A stretch of DNA of 32,000 nt from Clostridia bacterium (GTDB lineage: Bacteria; Bacillota; Clostridia; TANB77; RGIG9151): NCBI GenBank assembly GCA_017450465.1, contig JAFSUW010000036.1:781-32780 (forward strand), given 5' to 3'. Within the stretch, counting starts at the first letter, position 1; each line of letters starts with the position of its first letter. Positions 21,055 through 27,473 of the stretch are shown in pieces. The notes under the pieces are model-generated. The model saw only the letters and a program-made list of their open reading frames with translations, was not told the DNA's origin and searched no databases. A program made the translations under genes and the position numbers.

Positions 21055-21750
21055 ATGCTAAATTTCTTCACAATGCTAAATTCAACTACTGAATTTCACT
21101 TAATTGTACGATTACTTTTAGCAGCACTGTTTGGTGCTCTAATAGGAATAGAAAGGGAACATGCAAAACGTCCCGCCGGACTTAGAACTCACGTTTTAGT
21201 TTGCGTCAGTGCATGTCTTGTAATGCTAACAGCAGAGTTCATTTCAAAATTTGGTTACTCTCCATATGATATAACACGGCTCGGTGCACAAGTAATTAGC
21301 GGTATTGGTTTTTTAGGCGCCGGAACTATTATACGAAATGGTAATACTGTAAAGGGCTTAACTACTGCAGCAAGTCTTTGGGCGGTTGCCTGTGTAGGTC
21401 TTGCAACAGGTATTGGCTTTTACATGGGTGCTACTCTTGCTACTGTCGTAATATTCTTCGTACTCACATATTTTAAGACTTTTATTGAAGGTCCTTATAC
21501 TCACAATACTACCGAAGCAGTATCAATTAAATTCGCATATTCAGAGGATTTACTCGACAAAATAAAAGCTATTTTTTCAGAAAACAAAATTATTATTAAC
21601 AACATTAAATTAAAATCCGATAAAGAAAATGTAACAAATGCAACGCTAGTTTTAACTATGAATGAAGATACAAATTTAGTACCTATTTTTGAAAATATTT
21701 ATAACATTGATGGAATATATGAAATAGAAAGTAAAAGCATAGAGGAATAG
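21055..21750 (+). CDS. mgtC: MgtC/SapB family membrane protein with a C-terminal ACT-like domain
   Basis: GIEREHAKRPAGLRTH and GIGFLGAGTI motifs. The start is set at the ATG at 21055, 6 nt after a GGGGAGG SD. Confidence 0.8.
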   Translation: MLNFFTMLNSTTEFHLIVRLLLAALFGALIGIEREHAKRPAGLRTHVLVCVSACLVMLTAEFISKFGYSPYDITRLGAQVISGIGFLGAGTIIRNGNTVKGLTTAASLWAVACVGLATGIGFYMGATLATVVIFFVLTYFKTFIEGPYTHNTTEAVSIKFAYSEDLLDKIKAIFSENKIIINNIKLKSDKENVTNATLVLTMNEDTNLVPIFENIYNIDGIYEIESKSIEE

Positions 21751-21763
21751 CGAGGTCATAAGT

Positions 21764-23026
21764 GTGGAAAAATTTATTATAAATGGTGGAAAACCCTTAA
21801 AAGGTGAAGTAAATATTTGTGGCGCTAAAAATGCCGCCATTGCAATACTCCCTGCAATTCTTTTGGTTAAAGGAACTTGCAGAATAGAAAATTTGCCAAA
21901 CATAAGTGATGTAAAAAAATATATAGAAGTATTGCAAGAGCTAGGTGTAAAAATAACTTACGAATCACCTAACGAAATTTTTGTTGAAAACACAGAAGTA
22001 AATTCAACAAAATGTTTATTTGAAAAATGCAGGAAAATGCGTGCTTCTTATTATTTACTTGGTTCATTGCTTGGGAGATATAAATCTGTCGAAGTTCCAT
22101 TCCCTGGTGGATGCGATTTTGGAACACGTCCGATAGACCAACATATAAAGGGCTTTACCGCTTTAAATGCGCAAGTAACTCTCGAAGATGGTATTATAAA
22201 AGCCAATGCCAAAAAGCTTGTCGGCACATCAATTTACTTGGACGTAGTTAGCGTTGGTGCTACTATAAATATTCTTCTTGCAAGCGTACTTGCAGAGGGC
22301 ACAACATTCATTGAAAACGCTGCTAAGGAACCACATATAGTCGACCTTGCAAACTTCTTAAATGCAATGGGTGCAAATATTAAAGGAGCCGGAACCGATA
22401 CTATAAAAATACAAGGTGTAAAAGAACTACCAGGAAATACAGCTTATTCAATCATACCAGACCAAATAGAAGCTGGCACATTTATGATTGCGGCAGCTGC
22501 AACTGGCGGCGATGTAATCGTAAAAAATTGCATACCAAAACACTTAGATTCACTTACATCAAAATTAATCGAAATGGGCATTACTGTTGAAGAAATGGGC
22601 GATTCCATACATGTAAAATGTGACAAGCGTCCTCAAAAAGCAACAATAAAAACATTACCTTATCCTGGCTTTCCAACAGATATGCAACCTCAAATGGCCG
22701 TTTTACTTTCAATTGCAAATGGCACAAGCATACTAACCGAAGGGGTTTGGGAAAATCGTTTCCAATATGTAAGTGAACTTCAAAAATTAGGTGCAAATAT
22801 TCGCATAGAAGGTCGTTCTGCAATAATTGAAGGCGTAAAAAACTTAACTGGTTCATTTGTAAATTCACCAGATTTAAGAGGTGGCGCTGCACTTATTATA
22901 GCAGGGCTTGCCGCAAAAAATGTTACAGAAGTTTATAACCTAGACCATGTTGATCGTGGATATGAAAATTTTGAACAAAAATTAAAGAATTTAGGAGCAA
23001 AAATCGAAAGAGTAAAAGTTGAATAA
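21764..23026 (+). CDS. murA: UDP-N-acetylglucosamine 1-carboxyvinyltransferase
   Basis: 420 aa. GEVNICGAKNAAIAILPA at the N-terminus, the active-site Cys loop PGGCDFGTRPIDQH, and FPTDMQPQ. GTG start with a GAGG SD. Confidence 0.95.
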   Translation: MEKFIINGGKPLKGEVNICGAKNAAIAILPAILLVKGTCRIENLPNISDVKKYIEVLQELGVKITYESPNEIFVENTEVNSTKCLFEKCRKMRASYYLLGSLLGRYKSVEVPFPGGCDFGTRPIDQHIKGFTALNAQVTLEDGIIKANAKKLVGTSIYLDVVSVGATINILLASVLAEGTTFIENAAKEPHIVDLANFLNAMGANIKGAGTDTIKIQGVKELPGNTAYSIIPDQIEAGTFMIAAAATGGDVIVKNCIPKHLDSLTSKLIEMGITVEEMGDSIHVKCDKRPQKATIKTLPYPGFPTDMQPQMAVLLSIANGTSILTEGVWENRFQYVSELQKLGANIRIEGRSAIIEGVKNLTGSFVNSPDLRGGAALIIAGLAAKNVTEVYNLDHVDRGYENFEQKLKNLGAKIERVKVE

Positions 23027-23053
23027 CAAAAGATAATATAAGGGGTTTTAGTT

Positions 23054-23809
23054 ATGCTAAAGATGTTACCACTGTTTAGTAGTAGTAAAGGAAATAGTAC
23101 ATATATAGAATCTGAAAACACGTCTTTATTAGTAGATCTTGGTGTAAGTTGCAAAAGAATCGTCGATGCACTTACTGAAAATAAAATAAATCCTGCTTCA
23201 ATCGAAGCAATTTTAATAACTCATGAACATAGTGACCACATAAAAGGAATAAAGGTATTTGCAAATAAATACTCTATTCCTGTTTTTGCTACAGAAAAAA
23301 CTTGGACAAAATTAGATTCTCTTGAGATTAGTGAATCTTATAAAAATACATTCACGCCTGATAAAGATTTTACTATTGGTGATATTACTGTTTCACCATT
23401 TTCTACCCCACATGACGCAATAGACCCATGTGGATTTAGTTTTTATAAAGGAAAAGATAAAGTAACAATAGCAACAGATTTAGGCCATATAAACGACTAT
23501 CTACTTTCAAAAATGATAGAAAGTAATAAAATTTTACTTGAATCAAACCATGACATAGATATGCTAAGAACAGGCCCATATCCATGGCAACTAAAACAAA
23601 GGATACTCGGAAACTTTGGGCATTTATCAAATGCTTTAACCGCCAAAACTGTTGAATACCTAATAAAAAATGGCACAAAAGACTTTGTCCTTGGCCATTT
23701 AAGTGAAGAAAATAATTTTCCTGAACTTGCACTCGAAACTGTACGAAGTAGATTAAAAATGCAAGATATTAATATTTCAGATATCTCTTTAAGTGTTGCA
23801 AAACCATAA
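23054..23809 (+). CDS. MBL-fold metallo-hydrolase (YycJ/WalJ-like)
   Basis: 251 aa with THEHSDH, the beta-lactamase-fold HxHxDH motif. The N-terminus resembles YycJ: SSSKGNSTYIESENTSLLVDLG. Confidence 0.8.
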   Translation: MLKMLPLFSSSKGNSTYIESENTSLLVDLGVSCKRIVDALTENKINPASIEAILITHEHSDHIKGIKVFANKYSIPVFATEKTWTKLDSLEISESYKNTFTPDKDFTIGDITVSPFSTPHDAIDPCGFSFYKGKDKVTIATDLGHINDYLLSKMIESNKILLESNHDIDMLRTGPYPWQLKQRILGNFGHLSNALTAKTVEYLIKNGTKDFVLGHLSEENNFPELALETVRSRLKMQDINISDISLSVAKP

Positions 23810-23810
23810 C

Positions 23811-24203
23811 TTAATGATATAACTTAAGTAAAAAATATACTCCAACAAAAAATGAAACGATCTCTCCAAAAAACAGAGACGTTTTTATTTTGTCTCCTCT
23901 TCTTCTGCATCTTTTGAAACTTATCATAAGTAATGTAAAACTTAACACAAATATAACTATTGAAAAATTTAGGGCTAATTTTGCAAAATCTAGCTCCATA
24001 TTCTGCTTTGTAATGTATTTTAGATTACTAACCCCAACCTTTGCTTTTTGGCACATAGCAGTAAGTATAAGTAGTATTCCCCATACAAAGTAACTAAATA
24101 AATTAACAATATTTAAAATAAAATCATTACCTTTTCGCCTATTTTTTATAACACAATCTTCTACTTGTGAATCTAATGAATCTATAAGTTTTTCATCTAC
24201 CAT
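23811..24203 (-). CDS. small hypothetical membrane protein (about 3 TM helices)
   Basis: The ORF sits immediately downstream of the SLH gene (gap under 20 nt). The start is set at the ATG at 24203, 9 nt after GGGGGA. I recognise no family. Confidence 0.5.
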   Translation of the reverse strand: MVDEKLIDSLDSQVEDCVIKNRRKGNDFILNIVNLFSYFVWGILLILTAMCQKAKVGVSNLKYITKQNMELDFAKLALNFSIVIFVLSFTLLMISFKRCRRRGDKIKTSLFFGEIVSFFVGVYFLLKLYH

Positions 24204-24221
24204 TTTCAAAAATCCCCCGTT

Positions 24222-24764
24222 TTAATTTCCTTTCATTTCAACATCCATGCTATTTACAAGCATAATCGAAACATTTCCTCTTGTCATTTTTTCGGATGCC
24301 TCAACCGAAAAGCCTTTATCTAATTTTAAATTTTCTGCCATAGATGTAACATTTGTTGGCCAAACGCCTTCCATATCTTCTTTATAACCTAAAACTCCAA
24401 CTAAAATTGCTGAACATTCTGCATAAGTTACGTTGTTAGAAGGCCTAAATGTAGTATCACCATAGCCACTTATAATGCCTCTTGTAGCCAGTGCCATAAC
24501 ATTTTTGTATGCCCAGTGATTATTTGGCAAATCAGAAAAATCTTCTACCGCAAAACTCTCCTCGTTGTCAATAGAAAGCATTTTGGCTATGAGTGTACAA
24601 AATTCAGCACGAGTAATATCTCGCTCTAAACCCAAAGTACCATCAGGATATCCAGACATAAGTTTCATTGTAACTAATATATTGGCTGCCTCATCTTCTG
24701 TGTAACTAAAAGAAAATGAGAATAATAAACAAAATATAAGCAATATAGAAACGATTTTTTTCAT
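24222..24764 (-). CDS. secreted S-layer homology (SLH) domain protein
   Basis: 180 aa. Signal peptide MKKIVSILLIFCLLFSFSFS. Two SLH-like repeats are present: ITRAEFCTLIAKML and VTYAECSAILVGVLG, together with GYGDTTFRP. GGAGG SD. Confidence 0.75.
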   Translation of the reverse strand: MKKIVSILLIFCLLFSFSFSYTEDEAANILVTMKLMSGYPDGTLGLERDITRAEFCTLIAKMLSIDNEESFAVEDFSDLPNNHWAYKNVMALATRGIISGYGDTTFRPSNNVTYAECSAILVGVLGYKEDMEGVWPTNVTSMAENLKLDKGFSVEASEKMTRGNVSIMLVNSMDVEMKGN

Positions 24765-24784
24765 AAGTATTCCTCCATATTGTT

Positions 24785-24813
24785 ATATTATATTTATCGA
24801 CAAATAAAGTCAA
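24785..24813 (-). promoter_or_regulatory. putative own promoter of the SLH operon
   Basis: The minus strand reads TTGACT-N17-TAATAT (or N15-TATAAT). It lies between the upstream strong terminator and the SLH SD. Confidence 0.5.
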
Positions 24814-24841
24814 TATAATATTTTTTCCTATATTTTTATTT

Positions 24842-24877
24842 AAAAAACGAAGAGAGATAAAGAACTTATCTCTCTTC
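24842..24877 (-). terminator. strong intrinsic terminator closing the riboswitch/ncRNA unit
   Basis: Minus-strand RNA GAAGAGAGAUAA-GUUCU-UUAUCUCUCUUC (12-bp stem) followed by GUUUUUU. Confidence 0.85.
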
Positions 24878-24961
24878 ACTCTTTTTTGGACGGCATTTTC
24901 TTGCCAAGAAATCACTAGACTTCTTACGGTGTTTTTAGTTAGATATATTAATATTAACTAC

Positions 24962-25192
24962 AGGGACTTATAACATCCCTCCTCCCTATTAAATTGTACC
25001 ACGCACCTTGATGTAGTGTCATCTACGGTCAACCCATCGGGACTCGCTAGGGTCTTGCACCAGATACATGATTTATATCCGAAAGAGCCGTATATACAAC
25101 TCCTTTAAGTTTCATTTACAACTTTCTCACCATCCGCCATCTGGGAATTCAAGTAGCCCCCTTCCTCCCTAGACCTCGGCTAGCGTCAAGCT
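24962..25192 (-). ncRNA. unclassified G+C-rich structured RNA downstream of the c-di-GMP-I riboswitch
   Basis: About 47% G+C by hand count in AT-rich surroundings, and G-skewed on the minus strand. It has no ORF longer than 15 codons. The long-range inverted repeat 25171..25187 / 25041..25055 gives 13 bp. An inner helix pairs 25139..25144 with 25060..25065. Local hairpins lie at 25107..25124 and 25084..25103; the second contains G-U pairs only in the minus sense. It sits between two minus-strand terminators. Confidence 0.55.
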
Positions 25193-25231
25193 AAAACAAA
25201 ACTCCGTTTCAGGGTACACCTAAAACGGAGC
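25193..25231 (-). terminator. intrinsic terminator serving as the expression platform of the c-di-GMP-I riboswitch
   Basis: Minus-strand RNA CUCCGUUU-loop(13 nt)-AAACGGAG followed by UUUUGUUUU, about 20 nt after the aptamer. Confidence 0.75.
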
Positions 25232-25247
25232 TAAAATTCAACTCTCA

Positions 25248-25337
25248 GTTTTCGGCAACCCGGCTTCCATAGTCTTACGACGTTAGGTCCGTAGCTTTGC
25301 GTCCCAACCTTTCGATTGGTTTGCCCTTTCGGATTAT
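25248..25337 (-). promoter_or_regulatory. class I c-di-GMP riboswitch aptamer (GEMM-I)
   Basis: The minus-strand RNA reads AAUCCGAAAGGGCAAACCAAUCGAAAGGUUGGGACGCAAAGCUACGGACCUAACGUCGUAAGACUAUGGAAGCCGGGUUGCCGAAAAC. This reproduces the GEMM-I signature as known from Vc2. The matching parts are GGGCAAACC, a GAAA-capped hairpin, GGGACGCAAAGC, a CCUAA/UAUGG tetraloop-receptor-like pair around a GUAA hairpin, and AGCCGGGUUGCCGA. Confidence 0.88.
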
Positions 25338-25343
25338 ATTTTA

Positions 25344-25372
25344 ATTATACACTTTGTTTACATAAATGTCAA
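25344..25372 (-). promoter_or_regulatory. consensus sigma-A-type promoter driving the riboswitch
   Basis: The minus strand reads TTGACA-N17-TATAAT, with both hexamers perfect. The -35 overlaps the NUDIX stop codon. The predicted TSS lies a few nt before the aptamer. Confidence 0.7.
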
Positions 25373-25887
25373 TATGTTTTTAAAAAATTTTTCCAAAATT
25401 CTGTATAAATTTTAACATATTCCCAAATTTTCGCTGTATAAAAGAATTCTCCAGCATCTATTAGGGCTTCTATTTCATCAACTGTAAACCAATTTACATC
25501 CTCTACTTCACTTTTTTGCAATACAATTTTCGAAAAGTCTACTTTTTTATGAATTGCGTAAGAAAAAATCCAATATGAATTAACTGCTAATGCCCTACTT
25601 AAATAAATAACATCTCTACGAGAAAAATTTAATCCAAGCTCCTCTCTACACTCACGTATAACTGTTGTTTCTGGTCTCTCGCCAGCAATCGTTCCACCAC
25701 TTGTAGCTGCCCATTTCCCTGGACCACTTTTTAATGTTGAAGCACGTTTTTGCAACAATATCCTTCCATTATTAATTATCCATGCATTTACTGCTAACCT
25801 ATATTGACCTTTTTGTAATCCTACCCCCCTTATTATGATGTCTCCAGTTTTTTTACAGAATTTATCATAAACATCAAACTTTTCCAC
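25369..25887 (-). CDS. NUDIX hydrolase
   Basis: Nudix box GGTIAGERPETTVIRECREELGL (GX5EX7REUXEEXGU). The start is probably the GTG at 25887, 8 nt after a GGAGG SD. The track ATG at 25905 has no SD and lies inside a hairpin arm. Confidence 0.85.
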   Translation of the reverse strand: MEKFDVYDKFCKKTGDIIIRGVGLQKGQYRLAVNAWIINNGRILLQKRASTLKSGPGKWAATSGGTIAGERPETTVIRECREELGLNFSRRDVIYLSRALAVNSYWIFSYAIHKKVDFSKIVLQKSEVEDVNWFTVDEIEALIDAGEFFYTAKIWEYVKIYTEFWKNFLKTY

Positions 25888-25937
25888 GTCTAATACCTCC
25901 AGCATCAGTATTTAAGTTTTTACCGCTGATGCCACTT

Positions 25938-25966
25938 ATTTTATACCAAACGATCATATTTTGCAA
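25938..25966 (-). promoter_or_regulatory. putative promoter of the NUDIX gene
   Basis: The minus strand reads TTGCAA-N17-TAAAAT. Confidence 0.4.
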
Positions 25967-25997
25967 CAAAAATTTACTATTAAAAATATCAATGCTC

Positions 25998-26026
25998 TTG
26001 ACATAACACTTAGGATCCCTTATTAT
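25998..26026 (+). promoter_or_regulatory. orphan near-consensus promoter on the plus strand
   Basis: TTGACA-N17-TATTAT, pointing into a 130-nt gene-free spacer. Confidence 0.5.
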
Positions 26027-26033
26027 TGTTTCT

Positions 26034-26130
26034 CATTTCAATGCCTTTAATAAGCCGCAAGTGGTTGATATAATTGTTGTCAGTTACCCCCGTCCCTTGT
26101 GACAAGAGTGTCCCTACTGACCACTTTTTA
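26034..26130 (+). ncRNA. candidate small RNA (about 95 nt) with a C-rich single-stranded loop
   Basis: It starts just after the orphan promoter. A nested stem pairs 26059..26063 with 26122..26126 and 26079..26084 with 26116..26121. The stem encloses ACCCCCGUCCCUUGU and a GACA-AGAG-UGUC hairpin. It ends in ACCACUUUUUA. No SD-preceded ORF is present. Confidence 0.3.
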
Positions 26131-26133
26131 GGC

Positions 26134-26156
26134 AAAAAAAATGGACTTTCGTCCAT
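26134..26156 (-). terminator. intrinsic terminator after the second zinc-ribbon membrane protein gene
   Basis: Minus-strand RNA AUGGAC-GAAA-GUCCAU followed by UUUUUUUU, 1 nt after the stop codon. Confidence 0.8.
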
Positions 26157-26157
26157 C

Positions 26158-26679
26158 TTATTGCATCTGATTTAACATATCACTAAATTCTCCTGAAGCA
26201 ATCATTTCTGTCACAGCCGTCATATACCAAAAGTATATGGCAAACATTATTACTGACAATGCTATTAATGATATTCCAAAGGATCTTCTATCACTATCAT
26301 CATATGTTAAGAAGAATACACCAAAAAAAGCTCCCAAAACTTGTCCGAATACAGGCAACATCGAAATTGCTGTTAAAAATACCTTTACACCATTGGGTAA
26401 TAACTTTGTGTATTCAAGCGTATGTCTTACTTCTGCTTTATATATATAGTCTTTTACTTCTTTCCCTGGCAAGTTAGTATGTTCAATATCATTTTCAATG
26501 TTTGCTGTTTCATCTATTATATTCGCAGCTTGAACATTTTGCTCAGTAGCTGCTACAACAACTGGTTCTTCTTCTGTAACTATTTCAGATTTTTCTGTAA
26601 GTACGGTATTACAAAAAGGACATTTTTGTGTCCTAACATGCAATTTCTCCTTACAGTTTTCGCATATTTTGTATTCCAT
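26158..26679 (-). CDS. zinc-ribbon membrane protein (CxxC...CxxC ribbon, acidic linker, 2-3 TM helices)
   Basis: 173 aa. MEYKICENCKEKLHVRTQKCPFCNT provides the four Cys residues. Hydrophobic helices follow in the C-terminal half. AAAGGAAG SD. Confidence 0.6.
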   Translation of the reverse strand: MEYKICENCKEKLHVRTQKCPFCNTVLTEKSEIVTEEEPVVVAATEQNVQAANIIDETANIENDIEHTNLPGKEVKDYIYKAEVRHTLEYTKLLPNGVKVFLTAISMLPVFGQVLGAFFGVFFLTYDDSDRRSFGISLIALSVIMFAIYFWYMTAVTEMIASGEFSDMLNQMQ

Positions 26680-26693
26680 GTCTTTCTTCCTTT

Positions 26694-27461
26694 CTATATA
26701 CCAATAATGTTATATCCATTATCGACAAAAAGACTTACACCTGTGACACTACTTGATAGGTCGCTAAGGAAAAATACTGCTGCGTTTCCTACATCAGTTG
26801 GTGTAACAGATTTTCTAAGTGGAGATTTCCTTTCTACTACTTCATATATATTGTCAAAATCATTTATTACCTTTGATGATATGGTCTTAATAGGACCTGG
26901 CGATATAGCATTTACTCTTATACCTATAGGGCCTAATTCATTTGCAAGATACTTAACATTTGCTTCTAATGCTGCTTTTGCAGCACCCATTATATTATAA
27001 CCTGCCATTACTTTTTCAGCACCATAATAACTAAGTGTTACTATGCTACCACCATCTATCATTAAATCTTTGGCATATTTTGAAACTACTATTAATGAAT
27101 ATGCACTTATATCCATTGCGTGCGAATAACCTTCACGAGTAGTGTAGATAAAGTTATTTTTCATATCTTCTTTATTAGCATGCGCTATACAATGTGCCAC
27201 TCCATGAAGTACTCCCACTTTTTCCTTTATTTCATTAAAAAGATTCTCTATTTCTAAATCACTTGATACATCACATTTTATAAGTATTGGATTATTGAAA
27301 TCTTTTGTGAGTTCTTTTACATTTTTTTCATCTTTGTCTGTTTCATAACTTATAATAAGACGTGCACCATGTGCATCAATGCATTTTGCAATCCCCCATG
27401 CAATACTTGACTTATTTCTTAAACCCATAAGTAGTATATTTTTGTTTGCTAAATTTTGCAT
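26694..27461 (-). CDS. fabI: enoyl-[acyl-carrier-protein] reductase FabI (NADH)
   Basis: 255 aa. It has the GLRNKSSIAWGIAK N-terminal motif, the catalytic SYYGAEKVMAGYNIMGAAKAALE (Y-x6-K) motif, and ISPGPIKT. Confidence 0.92.
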   Translation of the reverse strand: MQNLANKNILLMGLRNKSSIAWGIAKCIDAHGARLIISYETDKDEKNVKELTKDFNNPILIKCDVSSDLEIENLFNEIKEKVGVLHGVAHCIAHANKEDMKNNFIYTTREGYSHAMDISAYSLIVVSKYAKDLMIDGGSIVTLSYYGAEKVMAGYNIMGAAKAALEANVKYLANELGPIGIRVNAISPGPIKTISSKVINDFDNIYEVVERKSPLRKSVTPTDVGNAAVFFLSDLSSSVTGVSLFVDNGYNIIGI

Positions 27462-27473
27462 AACCCGCCTCCA

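Noticed and set aside
24706-24915. 69-aa minus-strand ORF in the track that overlaps the start of the SLH gene
   Set aside because: It runs straight through the 12-bp-stem terminator (24842..24877) and the SLH promoter and SD. It has a non-ATG start and no SD, and it is out of frame with the SLH gene it overlaps. It is almost certainly not coding.
25137-25152. Mini-ORFs after the SD-like tracts: UUG AAU UCC CAG AUG GCG ... UAA (15 codons, or 11 from the AUG), and AUG UUA UAA near 24975
   Set aside because: They are too short and hydrophilic to call as genes or type I toxins. They lie inside predicted helices. They are mentioned only as features of the RNA.
24962-25192. Idea that the RNA after the riboswitch is a group I intron, by analogy with the c-di-GMP-II allosteric ribozyme of C. 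difficile
   Set aside because: I could not find the conserved P4/P7 (P, Q, R, S) core elements or a credible G-binding P7. The only resemblance is a UAUAAGUCC string. No ORF follows that splicing could activate, because a terminator and a separate promoter intervene. I leave it as a test to run, not a claim.
24962-25192. Short resemblances to known riboswitch cores: M-box (AUGGGUUGACCG...ACAUCAAGGUG), S-box (CCCGAUG...AAGGUGC), glmS (GAGGAAGGGGG...GGCGGAUG), T-box (GUGGUAC) and SRP domain IV (GGUCUAGGGAGGAAGG)
   Set aside because: Each match covers only 7-20 nt. The remaining obligatory elements of each family are missing or in the wrong order, and the genomic context does not fit any of them. 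I judge these to be chance similarities pending cmscan.
26422-27000. 192-aa plus-strand ORF antisense to fabI and the zinc-ribbon gene
   Set aside because: It lies antisense to two well-supported genes. Its composition is low-complexity and Phe/Ile/Tyr-rich, as expected from the reverse frame of AT-rich coding DNA. It has no SD.
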